A stretch of DNA of 23,453 nt. It comes from Candidatus Hodarchaeota archaeon. GTDB lineage: Archaea > Asgardarchaeota > Heimdallarchaeia > Hodarchaeales > Hodarchaeaceae. Below the pieces are notes generated by a model. It was given only the letters and a program-made list of their open reading frames with translations. It had not been told where the DNA came from and made no database searches. The DNA is taken from the NCBI GenBank assembly GCA_016839815.1, contig JAEOTM010000114.1, forward strand, positions 1-23,453, in the 5' to 3' direction. Made by a program: the position numbers and the translations under genes. This document shows positions 8,726-17,433 of this stretch, piece after piece (positions within the stretch are counted from its first letter, which is position 1; each line of letters opens with the position of its first letter).

Positions 8726-9202
8726 TCACTCTTCTGTAACTACCACTTCAACATGTGTTAATGTATTATGACTTGGTGAGGATCTGCCATGTGCTCTAGG
8801 TGTGAACCCACGAATTTTACGACCTCTTTGAGCAGCCATATGGGTAATCCGTAATCGACTTACCTCTAATCCTTTAAAGGAAGAATTTTGTTCTGCATTT
8901 TCCAGAACACGTAAGATTTCCTTTGCTGCTTTCTGTGGGTAGCGTCCTATAGGCCAACCTATTAGATCACTTCGATGTGGTACTTTTTTTCGATAACGTC
9001 TGAATGGCACGCTTCTTTCCAGTTTAACTACTTGTTCCAGATACTCTTGAGCAGTTTCTAGATATTTTCCCTTACATTCACGACAAATCTCTCGTGCATG
9101 TTTGGGTGAAATGCGTAGATTTCGGCCTGTAGCAACGGCAGTTCGATCTGCGTCCAGTCCAAAGACTGAGATCTTGTACTTTGGCAATTTATATTCAACC
9201 AT
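8726..9202 (-). CDS. rpl22: Ribosomal protein uL22
   Basis: GRNLRISPKHAREICRECKGKYLETAQEYLEQVVKLERSVPFRRYRKKVPHRSDL...GLEVSRLRITHMAAQRGRKIRGFTPRAHGRSSPSHNTLTHVEVVV. Confidence 0.97.
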   Translation of the reverse strand: MVEYKLPKYKISVFGLDADRTAVATGRNLRISPKHAREICRECKGKYLETAQEYLEQVVKLERSVPFRRYRKKVPHRSDLIGWPIGRYPQKAAKEILRVLENAEQNSSFKGLEVSRLRITHMAAQRGRKIRGFTPRAHGRSSPSHNTLTHVEVVVTEE

Positions 9203-9563
9203 TATTGTTATTAGAGAGTAGAATTCTTCTTCCTGTTATTTTCTTCTCTCTAGCCATTTCCTCGTGGTTCTGGCTTATTTTTGACATTTAAGGTTACATT
9301 TGGAGGATTATAAAAAGTATCTCCTTCCTCTGAATGTGTCATTCATTGATTCTTGGTTTTTTTTTGTGCAATACTTGTGTTTTACCATATCATTGAATTA
9401 ATCAGCAATTTATTCGTAATGAAATTTCTCACTATTGATCTTTGGGCTTACATAAAAAGAAATATTTTCATATTTTCTTGTTTATGCTGAGATTGATTAA
9501 ATGCTTGTATTGATGTGGATTTTGGGGAAGAGCCTTAATTTTTTAACCCCTTCTTACTCTCCC

Positions 9564-9571
9564 TTTAAATA
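9564..9571 (+). promoter_or_regulatory. Candidate TATA box for uS19, possibly leaderless transcript
   Basis: TTTAAATA about 23-27 nt upstream of the uS19 ATG at 9591. Confidence 0.5.
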
Positions 9572-9590
9572 GGTATACATGTGATTTATC

Positions 9591-9986
9591 ATGTCCTCAC
9601 GTCGTGTTTTTCAATATCGTGGATTTACGCTAGATGAACTTAAACAAAAATCTATGGATGAGTTCATTTCCTTACTTCCTTCAAGGCAACGTCGTTCATT
9701 GACTCGTGGAATGAGTACTCAACATATCAAGCTTATGGAGAGGATAAGTGCATCCAAAGAGTCAAAACGTCCTGTAAGAACTCACTGCAGAGATTTTATA
9801 ATTTTACCCGAGTTGATAGGCGCTATTGTGCATGTTTACAATGGTAAGGAATTTCTCAGAGTGTCACTCATACCTGAAACCCTAGGACATTATTTGGGTG
9901 AATACGCTCCAACATGTAAACAAGTAAAACATTCTGCACCAGGAATCGGAGCCACTCGTGGTTCTCAATTTGTACCTTTGAAATAA
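9591..9986 (+). CDS. rps19: Ribosomal protein uS19 (opposite strand from neighbouring ribosomal genes)
   Basis: FQYRGFTLDELKQKSMDEFISLLPSRQRRSLTRGM...VRTHCRDFIILPELIGAIVHVYNGKEFLRVSLIPETLGHYLGEYAPTCKQVKHSAPGIGATRGSQFVPLK. Confidence 0.98.
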   Translation: MSSRRVFQYRGFTLDELKQKSMDEFISLLPSRQRRSLTRGMSTQHIKLMERISASKESKRPVRTHCRDFIILPELIGAIVHVYNGKEFLRVSLIPETLGHYLGEYAPTCKQVKHSAPGIGATRGSQFVPLK

Positions 9987-10139
9987 TTTTATTTCAATCT
10001 TTTTATTGATACTTTCCAAGGTAACTACTTGCTGTTATCTTTTTGTTCCTTATTTTTCATTCTTCCTCAGAGAGGACACCTATTCCATTCGTTTAGAGGG
10101 AGACATCAATGTATTCAGTACTATGCGTATAGGTGAGCG

Positions 10140-10158
10140 GAGTCAATACTTTTGACTC
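10140..10158. other. Perfect 7-bp inverted repeat, possible hairpin
   Basis: GAGTCAA-tactt-TTGACTC in the intergenic region between convergent uS19 and tRNA-Val. Confidence 0.4.
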
Positions 10159-10200
10159 TTCACATTGATTTTGTCGGAAAAATTGTTTAGAAAAGTATAG

Positions 10201-10305
10201 TGGGCCGGAGCAGATTTGAACTGCCGACCTCCTCCGTGTCAGGGAGGCGTCAATCGCAGACTGATCGGAAACTCCGATCAGTTTACCGGACTAGACCACC
10301 GGCCC
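10201..10305 (-). tRNA. tRNA-Val (anticodon GAC) with apparent D-arm intron of about 30 nt
   Basis: Minus strand: GGGCCGG TG GTCTAGTCCGGTAA [ACTGATCGGAGTTTCCGATCAGTCTGCGAT] TGACG CCTCC CTGACAC GGAGG AGGTC GGCAG TTCAAAT CTGCT CCGGCCC A. 7-bp acceptor stem, 5-bp anticodon stem, 5-bp T stem with one G-U pair. Confidence 0.92.
10253..10282 (-). other. Predicted non-canonical tRNA intron within tRNA-Val; exact boundaries uncertain by a few nt
   Basis: Removing 30 nt (ACTGATCGG AGTTT CCGATCAGT CTGCGAT) restores a 75-nt tRNA with standard D-arm spacing. The insert contains a 9-bp perfect stem. Confidence 0.7.
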
Positions 10306-10380
10306 GTTTATATTTGGCTAAAATACTAATTATAATACGCTTTTCTTTCGAGTCGATGTAGATTATATATGTTATCTTAA

Positions 10381-10824
10381 TCATGCTTCTGGGGGTTCAG
10401 TAAAAACCTTACCACCAGCAGATTCTATTTTTTCTTGAGCGGTTGGTGTAATGGATTCTGTATGTAAGTGAATTGGATGGGTTACTAAGCCTTTTCCCAA
10501 CACTTTAATTGGTCCCAATTTATTCATATCAACTGTAATTGTTTTTCCTTCTTTTTTGGCAATCTCTGCGGCGAGTAGGAAATCCAGCTGTTCATTGATG
10601 TCTCCTACATTAATAAACATTGATAACGTTGGGTTGGGAGAAGTAAATCCTTTTTGATCTAGAATCATTTGACTTATTTTGCCGATCCGATGATGTCCTT
10701 TGCTCCCTGCATTCCCCTTTCCACCTCTGGAACCACCTTTTCTGTGGCCTCCAGAAATTCTTCCATAACCATAAACTCGACTTCCGCGTTGTTTGCGTAT
10801 TTTTTTCTGTTTTCTTATCGTCAA
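10381..10824 (-). CDS. rpl15: Ribosomal protein uL15
   Basis: RKQRGSRVYGYGRISGGHRKGGSRGGKGNAGSKGHH...KVLGKGLVTHPIHLHTESITPTAQEKIESAGG. Confidence 0.96.
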   Translation of the reverse strand: MTIRKQKKIRKQRGSRVYGYGRISGGHRKGGSRGGKGNAGSKGHHRIGKISQMILDQKGFTSPNPTLSMFINVGDINEQLDFLLAAEIAKKEGKTITVDMNKLGPIKVLGKGLVTHPIHLHTESITPTAQEKIESAGGKVFTEPPEA

Positions 10825-10834
10825 TGTTCATCAC

Positions 10835-11341
10835 TTAAGCCATTTTGGTGATTAGCTGATTGATCTCAGAACCTCGGTACCCTAATGCTCCTCCAAGAGT
10901 ATATGCATACTTTACTCCTTTGCGTTGGTGGCCTTTAAGAGGGGGATGCAAACGAAATACGGGTTTTAATCCTTGGATATCGGAGAGATCTGCTTCAAAG
11001 TTTAGGAACTTTTTGATAAAATTATCAATACTCGAAAATTCGGTATTTTTCTTAATGTAGTCCTCTGTAATTCTTTTATTACCTTCTAATCGTCCACGTT
11101 TTAGTAATAGCTCACGGGCACTATCATGGGAAAGTTCTCCCCATGCGATAATATCTTTCGCCTTCTGTAACATACCTTTGTAAGTAGGGCGATCGTCAAG
11201 AATCACGCAATGATTTGTTCGATTTAAGCGTAATAAGTGGAGTGTTTTGGATAGTGATGTACTTCTACTTACTGTTCCTCGTACTCTTATTACCGCAATT
11301 CGTTTATTGGCTTCAGTACTCTTGATAGTCACTTTATTCAC
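10835..11341 (-). CDS. rpl30: Ribosomal protein uL30
   Basis: IAVIRVRGTVSRSTSLSKTLHLLRLNRTNHCVILDDRPTYKGMLQKAKDIIAWGELS...FRLHPPLKGHQRKGVKYAYTLGGALGYRG. Track ORF starts at 11431, inside uS5. GTG at 11341 overlapping the uS5 stop is more plausible. Confidence 0.93.
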   Translation of the reverse strand: MNKVTIKSTEANKRIAVIRVRGTVSRSTSLSKTLHLLRLNRTNHCVILDDRPTYKGMLQKAKDIIAWGELSHDSARELLLKRGRLEGNKRITEDYIKKNTEFSSIDNFIKKFLNFEADLSDIQGLKPVFRLHPPLKGHQRKGVKYAYTLGGALGYRGSEINQLITKMA

Positions 11342-12008
11342 CCCATTCAGAAATATGAGAAATTTCGTATGTTGACCGTAATGCTTCAAAAATGGCCTTA
11401 CAAAAATTTTGTGTGGTTCTCGTGTCACCAAAGGTTTTACTCCAGATATCGGATACTCCAGCTAGTTCCAATACACTTTTGGCAACGTCTCCAATGACTA
11501 AACCAAGGCCTTTTGGTGCAGGTTTAAGAATAACTCTTACACTACCCACTTTTCCTTCAACTTGGAATGGTATTGAGTGTGGATTTCGGCATGTGCATTC
11601 CCAACTTCCACATCCTCTCTTCACAGGAACGATGTTTAGTTTTGCTAAGATTATAGCATTTCTAATCGCTGTTCCAACACCAGCCGCCTTAGCTTGAGCT
11701 ACGCCCACAATTCCATTCTTATTCCCTACTCCGGCTGTAGCAATGAATAATGTTTTTCGTCCTGCATCTGTTTGACGTTGCACTCTTCCGACATCAAGAA
11801 CTGTTTCAGTTAGATTAGGGACAAGAAAATCAACGATTCTAACATCCTCAATTTTTAATGAATCACGAAAGATGTCATATATCGAGGAAATCGTTCCTTC
11901 TTTTACCAACCGTCCAACTTCTGTCCTTGGCACCCAAGCCTCTAGATCAGGAGCGGAGCGTTCTTGGTCACGACCTCCTCTTCGACCTCGTCTCTGACTT
12001 CTACTCAT
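11334..12008 (-). CDS. rps5: Ribosomal protein uS5
   Basis: EAWVPRTEVGRLVKEGTISSIYDIF...QRQTDAGRKTLFIATAGVGNKNGIVGVAQAKAAGVGTAIRNAIILAKLNIVPVKRGCGSWECTC...KGLGLVIGDVAKSVLELAGVSDIWSKTFGDTRTT. Confidence 0.98.
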   Translation of the reverse strand: MSRSQRRGRRGGRDQERSAPDLEAWVPRTEVGRLVKEGTISSIYDIFRDSLKIEDVRIVDFLVPNLTETVLDVGRVQRQTDAGRKTLFIATAGVGNKNGIVGVAQAKAAGVGTAIRNAIILAKLNIVPVKRGCGSWECTCRNPHSIPFQVEGKVGSVRVILKPAPKGLGLVIGDVAKSVLELAGVSDIWSKTFGDTRTTQNFCKAIFEALRSTYEISHISEWGE

Positions 12009-12042
12009 TTTCTACACTTCTATATTCATCTTCAGTATGTTA

Positions 12043-12627
12043 TTACAGTCGTTGAATTTCTTCTTTTGATTGAGTAAATAATTTTGTCATATTTACTGGA
12101 TTAACCTTAGATTTTTTATATTGAGAAAATTGCTTGTCGAATTTTTCTTTGTCTTCATCTTTAAGCAATTTTGCATAATTTTCGATATGTTCACCATTGA
12201 TTCTGTCATCCGAAGGAAAAACCTTATCAGAATGAGGAATCTCAAGACCTGAATCCACAAGTCCTTTTAGAACTGCAAAAACTCTCGATCCATAAACAGG
12301 GGGATTTAATCCAATATCAAATATGGCAGTAGAAACTTTGGCTTTTTGGGCTTTCTTCCCTGCCAATAAGCCAGTTAAATAAGCACTTGGTAAATTTGCT
12401 GTTCCTGCTGACCATTGATAGTTCTTGAGCTCTCTTGAATGAGCTGAGGATAGTGTTACGTCTCCTTCGATTTTTGGTTCGACAAACTGTACGAGACAAT
12501 GACTATTGGACAACCGAACAGCTGCACGAACCTTTTTCCCCTTAACTAGACGTCGACGTAAATGATAATTCGTTTTTCCTTCTCTTCTACGACGGAACGG
12601 AACCCGATAACGAGCATTTCTTGCCAT
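12043..12627 (-). CDS. rpl18: Ribosomal protein uL18
   Basis: [56 protein letters not shown]...[16 protein letters not shown]. Start chosen at internal ATG 12627 rather than the track's 12675. Confidence 0.96.
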   Translation of the reverse strand: MARNARYRVPFRRRREGKTNYHLRRRLVKGKKVRAAVRLSNSHCLVQFVEPKIEGDVTLSSAHSRELKNYQWSAGTANLPSAYLTGLLAGKKAQKAKVSTAIFDIGLNPPVYGSRVFAVLKGLVDSGLEIPHSDKVFPSDDRINGEHIENYAKLLKDEDKEKFDKQFSQYKKSKVNPVNMTKLFTQSKEEIQRL

Positions 12628-12631
12628 TGGT

Positions 12632-13099
12632 TTATCTCCTTTTACCTTTAGGTTTTTTAACAATACCTGCTTCATAAATTGTGTTTCGAAGATGTGCTAC
12701 ACTTCGATATGAATTTCCTTTGGCTTTTGCATATAATTGTCGGTAATCTGCTGGTGAAATCAATTTATTATCGCGTAAACCTCGTAAATACCGCCTTTGA
12801 CTTCTAATTTTAGCAATCCAAAGTTCTTTTCCTGGTTGACGTGCTCCTTTTGTTCCTTTTCGACTTCCTAAACCTCTTCGTTGACCCCGTTTTTTCTGGG
12901 TAGTTATCATCCGCGCACGCCCGCGTGAGATGCCAGTCATTTGTTTTTTACGAATAATATGATCATCAATTAATTTTCGGACGTCTTCACGCGTTAAAGC
13001 AAGGGAGAGATCTTCTTCAACATCAGGATCAATCCATACACGATTAACACCGACGCCTAATATTTTTGCAGCAATTTTCTTCTGTGGAGTATAGTTCAT
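12632..13099 (-). CDS. rpl19e: Ribosomal protein eL19
   Basis: [82 protein letters not shown]. Confidence 0.97.
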   Translation of the reverse strand: MNYTPQKKIAAKILGVGVNRVWIDPDVEEDLSLALTREDVRKLIDDHIIRKKQMTGISRGRARMITTQKKRGQRRGLGSRKGTKGARQPGKELWIAKIRSQRRYLRGLRDNKLISPADYRQLYAKAKGNSYRSVAHLRNTIYEAGIVKKPKGKRR

Positions 13100-13620
13100 T
13101 ATTCTTCACCTTGGTCTTCATCGGAAGAAATATCCAGATCATCTATTGCGATATCGTCTAAAAGATCCTCATCAAGTTCTAATTCAGCATCAAGATCACC
13201 GAGATCAATTTTTGCCGAAATTGGATTTAGAATATGTATATTTAGTAATTCCGCTTCCATAAGAATCTTTTCTTTCTTTTTACGTCCGATCTTAGAGGCA
13301 ATTCGTCCGACTTGTAATTCGGGATCAATTAATGACAAGTCTACAGAAGAAGAAACTAGTACTTCTTCTTTACCAGATGATAATAGGTAACGGACTGCTT
13401 TTGGGCTACGAAATCCTATTTGTGGTGATATAGGCCAACCGCCTACTTTTTCTCGAACATGTGAGTCAATCCCACGAGCTCGTCTCCATCGTTCTGGGAC
13501 TCGCTTGTACCTCCAAGATTCATATCGACGAAAATTTGGCCTTTTACGTTTTAGATTTTTTCGGATTCTTTGTAGACGAGGGAGGCTTTTTTCTTTTTTT
13601 TCTTGGTTATAACTAGTCAC
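13099..13620 (-). CDS. rpl32e: Ribosomal protein eL32 with acidic C-terminal extension
   Basis: KRPNFRRYESWRYKRVPERWRRARGIDSHVREKVGGWPISPQIGFRSPKAVRYLLSSGKEEVLV...; first gene of the minus-strand cluster, GTG start. Confidence 0.95.
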   Translation of the reverse strand: MTSYNQEKKEKSLPRLQRIRKNLKRKRPNFRRYESWRYKRVPERWRRARGIDSHVREKVGGWPISPQIGFRSPKAVRYLLSSGKEEVLVSSSVDLSLIDPELQVGRIASKIGRKKKEKILMEAELLNIHILNPISAKIDLGDLDAELELDEDLLDDIAIDDLDISSDEDQGEE

Positions 13621-14549
13621 TGTTATTCCATCCTGTTTTAAACATGGGATTTATCTTTATAAGCGTAATATGAAGTTCTGTATTATTACTTATCAGGATT
13701 AAGATTTATCACCCTGATAGCTTACAGTTGTCTAGTATTCCACTGTTGATGTGCAACCAGAACGCAGAGGAAGCGACTATTTTCAGTCTATTTAAATTAT
13801 ACAGGAAAAGTAGAATTTTTTCGATTTACACCTAATAGGTTGGTTCCTTCTTTACCGCCGATTTTAATTCTTATGCATTCCTGAACTTTCGACTGAAGTT
13901 ACTTTCTACTACAATGGGAAGATTGCTACCTGTAATTATCACAGTTATGAATATAAGATGGTAATTTTTCCTAGATTTCGTATTAGCTTATTTAGAGGTA
14001 TAATTTTCGAGAATACAAAAGCTGATATCAGAATTTTCCTTGAACAATAAACCTTTAGATTTCAAAAAAAACGAATTTTTCCTTCACATTTCCCATTTGA
14101 GATGTAAACTTTTCTCCAATCGCATTATCATGCACAAATTGAACCTGAAACTGGATGTAACAAATTTTATACTCATAATTGAGTTGAACACTTAATTTCT
14201 TTTTCTTAAATAACTAATTTCAACACAAGCGCGTGTATAATCTTCCCTTGGGAATTTTATCATTTGAAGATAGGGTCTCTAACTAGAGAATTTAAGTGAA
14301 AATATAATAAGACAACACACTACGAAACATACTTTGAAGAAAACCGTTCAGACGTTCTATCATCCATTAAATATTGAAAATATTATGATCTACTTAATAT
14401 TTATCAGGTTATTACCTAATTGGATTTTTAGAATTGAATTATGGGCTTAGTACCAATAGGAGAGTAGAAATATATCTATTGTAGATAAAACCAAGCTTTC
14501 TATCATAAATAATTTACTCTCTGATTTAGCTGGGTTTAACAATCAAAAG

Positions 14550-15611
14550 TTGGAATTTTGTGACATTCTCAAGCAGAGGAATCCTGAATACTCACATCTC
14601 CCCCCTCATCTTCTACGTATGAGTGTCGATACTCAATTATTTAGAGAATTACAGCCCCAAAATATTTCAGGATTAACAATAGGAGGAGTTGATGGTGGTT
14701 ACGCCTCGAAGCATCTCATTGGCTATGATTTACATCTTTTCAGAGCTATTGCCGTCTATTCAACCTTCACGCATAAGAACTTGATTAGAACTACATATTT
14801 TCCGTCAAAAATCCCAGAATTACAGCTTGAATTGGGTAATTTGACTCTCTCTTCACGCGAATCAGAAATTTATGGAAGTTTGCGTCGCTCAATTGTAGAG
14901 CTCGAGACTGCAACTCAGGTTATCCAGAGTACGCATAAAACCATAGATATACTTCTTATGGATGGATCTCCATTTATAAGGTATTCAGGTACCCAAAATG
15001 ATCTCCTTTTCAAATATTATCGACGTTACTTTGATCAACTGTTTAATCTCCTATCAACTGCTAAGAGAAATGATACACAGCTCATTTGGATTGTTAAAGA
15101 TAGCAGGGTGAATACTTTTACATCATTTCTTGGTAAAATTCTTCCTTTTGTAGCTCCAAAAGTGCCCGAACTATTGACTGTAGATTATAGAACTATTATC
15201 AATCGGGTACGGGATATGGACTTGTTTTTTTATTTATTAAAAGTAAACTCTCGGTCTTTTTCTTTATTTAATCAATATAAATTTTCAGATGAAATCGATC
15301 AAAACTATCAAAATTACCAGTTTTACTTAAAAACGGCTAAGTATGATATCCCCTTAAGAGTAGAGGGATTTCTACCTTTAGATAAAACACACAATAAAAC
15401 TTTAGATACTCTTAATCTAATATCTGAAACCCTCCTTCCCATTTCCCAATATTATAATGATTATGGGATCCCAGCTCCAATTGTAGAGGCAGATGCTAGA
15501 GTAAAAATAAAAGAAACAGAAATTTTTGATTATATTAAGCTTTTAAGGTCATTTAATAATTATCCAGATCTCAATCTACGAAGAAGGGAGCGATCTCCTT
15601 GGAAATTTTAA
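14550..15611 (+). CDS. nurA: NurA-like 5'->3' nuclease
   Basis: SGLTIGGVDGGYASKHLIGYDLHLFRAIAVYS, IDILLMDGSPF, LIWIVKDSR; immediately upstream of a HerA-family ATPase; TTG start. Confidence 0.82.
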   Translation: MEFCDILKQRNPEYSHLPPHLLRMSVDTQLFRELQPQNISGLTIGGVDGGYASKHLIGYDLHLFRAIAVYSTFTHKNLIRTTYFPSKIPELQLELGNLTLSSRESEIYGSLRRSIVELETATQVIQSTHKTIDILLMDGSPFIRYSGTQNDLLFKYYRRYFDQLFNLLSTAKRNDTQLIWIVKDSRVNTFTSFLGKILPFVAPKVPELLTVDYRTIINRVRDMDLFFYLLKVNSRSFSLFNQYKFSDEIDQNYQNYQFYLKTAKYDIPLRVEGFLPLDKTHNKTLDTLNLISETLLPISQYYNDYGIPAPIVEADARVKIKETEIFDYIKLLRSFNNYPDLNLRRRERSPWKF

Positions 15612-15615
15612 GAAT

Positions 15616-17115
15616 TTGGAGGTGCGAAAGTTATTAACAATTGGTCGCGTAATTGCGACATCCACAACTCCTAATTTAGAAAAAATTGATCTCATACTCA
15701 ATAAAACAGATGAAAATCAGATTGAAAAAGGTCAATTTATTAGCATTGAAGAAAAACATGGAAGAACTGTTATTGGCCTAATTACTAGTATTAAGAAGCA
15801 CAATGCATACTTTGAAACCCATCAGGCTAGTGTTCAAGAGAATGTTTCAAGAGATTTCGATTCCATATTTCCAATAGACGAGTGGGAAGTTATCTTGGCT
15901 GAGGTAAAACCTCTGGGAGAATTCCAAAAAAGTCACAATATAATAAAACGAATAAAATTTCCTGTGTCTCCTGGAACCAAAGCTACTCTTGCTTCTCCAT
16001 CTCTTATATCTCGATTATTGGGATTTAAGGATAAAGGGTTATTTTTAGGATATATTTTCCAAAATAATGTAAAAGTTAAGATCGATGTGTCTAGATTATT
16101 ACGAAAACACATTGCTATATTAGCTATATCAGGAGCAGGAAAATCTTACGCAGCTTCTATACTTTTAGAGGAACTACATCAATCAGAAAGCATTAGTGTA
16201 CTTCTTATTGATCCCCATGGTGAGTACGGCCCGTTAATATCTAGTTGGGATAATTCAGATAAGATAGAGATTATTAAGGGATCATACTTATCGATTTGTG
16301 TACCAGAATTAACAGCAAGAGAGATTAGCGAATTCATTCCTGAAATTTCACCTGTTCAAACCCGTATTTTAGAAAAAGCTCTAATGGAAATTCGAAAAGA
16401 AAGCCAGCTATATGGTCTCAATGATATAATTAAATGGGTAGATTCTTCTGAAAATGTCAATACAAGAACGAAAGAAGCGTTAATCGGTTGGTTGCATAGT
16501 TTATCTAAAACATATTTATTTTCTTCCAAAAGTGATCTAAATTTCGAAAAACTAATGGAACCCGGAAAAATAGTTGTCTTGGATCTTGCGGATATTACTA
16601 GTATACGAAGTCGAAGAATGCTAACACATTATTTTCTTAAAAATCTTTATCGACTAAGAACGAAAAAGAAAATCCCTCCGATCGTATTTGTTATTGAGGA
16701 AGCACACCAATTTTGCTCCCAGAATTCTGCATCTATTTCAAAATGGATTATTGAGACAATTGCTCGAGAGGGGAGGAAATTTTATGCTTCTTTATGTTTG
16801 ATATCTCAGCGTCCTGTTAATTTGTCAGTAACAGCACTCTCCCAATGTAATACACACCTAATATTACGAATTCGAAATCCATACGACCTAGACTTTATCG
16901 GGAGAACTTCCGAAAGTATAGATAGACCTTCTTTAAACTTTCTTCCCAGTTTAAATATTGGAGAAGCTCTCTTAGTCGGAGAGGCAATTAATTTTCCAAC
17001 ATTTTTTCAAATTAGAGAAAGAAAACTTTCCATTAACGAAATAAACCCAGATTTCGAATCCATGGCTAAGAATTATGCAAAAAAGTGGAATGTGCGAAAA
17101 GACAGAAATAAATGA
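15616..17115 (+). CDS. herA: HerA-family DNA translocase/ATPase
   Basis: N-terminal HAS-like domain, HIAILAISGAGKSYAASILLEEL, VLLIDPHGEYGPL, PPIVFVIEEAHQFC, ISKWIIETIAREGRKFYASLCLISQRPVNL, NTHLILRIRNPYDLDFI. Confidence 0.92.
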   Translation: MEVRKLLTIGRVIATSTTPNLEKIDLILNKTDENQIEKGQFISIEEKHGRTVIGLITSIKKHNAYFETHQASVQENVSRDFDSIFPIDEWEVILAEVKPLGEFQKSHNIIKRIKFPVSPGTKATLASPSLISRLLGFKDKGLFLGYIFQNNVKVKIDVSRLLRKHIAILAISGAGKSYAASILLEELHQSESISVLLIDPHGEYGPLISSWDNSDKIEIIKGSYLSICVPELTAREISEFIPEISPVQTRILEKALMEIRKESQLYGLNDIIKWVDSSENVNTRTKEALIGWLHSLSKTYLFSSKSDLNFEKLMEPGKIVVLDLADITSIRSRRMLTHYFLKNLYRLRTKKKIPPIVFVIEEAHQFCSQNSASISKWIIETIAREGRKFYASLCLISQRPVNLSVTALSQCNTHLILRIRNPYDLDFIGRTSESIDRPSLNFLPSLNIGEALLVGEAINFPTFFQIRERKLSINEINPDFESMAKNYAKKWNVRKDRNK

Positions 17116-17246
17116 GTCTTGGGATCTTCATTTTAATGTGATTGGTTAAATTTCCTTGAATTATAAGAATGAGCAACTTGTTTAAATATGTCCATTTAAA
17201 AAGCCTTGAATAGTCAAACTTATCCACAGTTTTTGAGATATGATAT

Positions 17247-17375
17247 ATGGCTCTCATCAATTGGTATTACGCAACATTTATTGCAAGTCTATTAGCTTTT
17301 GCTTCGTTAGGACTCATCATACTGTATTTACTATTTTATCGTGAGGATGAGTACGAAGAGGAAGACTTAGATTAG
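17247..17375 (+). CDS. Putative 42-aa single-TM microprotein with acidic C-terminal tail
   Basis: Read by hand: MALINWYYATFIASLLAFASLGLIILYLLFYREDEYEEEDLD*. One hydrophobic segment followed by a cluster of D/E residues. Too short for the ORF track. Confidence 0.55.
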   Translation: MALINWYYATFIASLLAFASLGLIILYLLFYREDEYEEEDLD

Positions 17376-17394
17376 AATTAATTCCCTCTTAGGG

Positions 17395-17414
17395 TTATTT
17401 TTCTTTACTTTTCT
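17395..17414 (+). terminator. T-rich putative archaeal transcription terminator
   Basis: TTATTTTTTTCTTTACTTTT just downstream of the microprotein ORF and the herA unit. Confidence 0.45.
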
Positions 17415-17433
17415 AGTTTCTTAAAAGTCTTTT

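Noticed and set aside
4795-9000. Multiple plus-strand ORFs opposite ribosomal protein genes (e.g. 4795..5022, 5044..5373, 6205..6456, 6679..7008, 7163..7507, 7293..7610, 7914..8138)
   Set aside because: They overlap highly conserved ribosomal genes on the minus strand, with low-complexity translations. Treated as shadow ORFs.
17066-17260. 64-aa minus-strand ORF after herA
   Set aside because: It overlaps the herA 3' end and the microprotein ORF, with no recognisable features.
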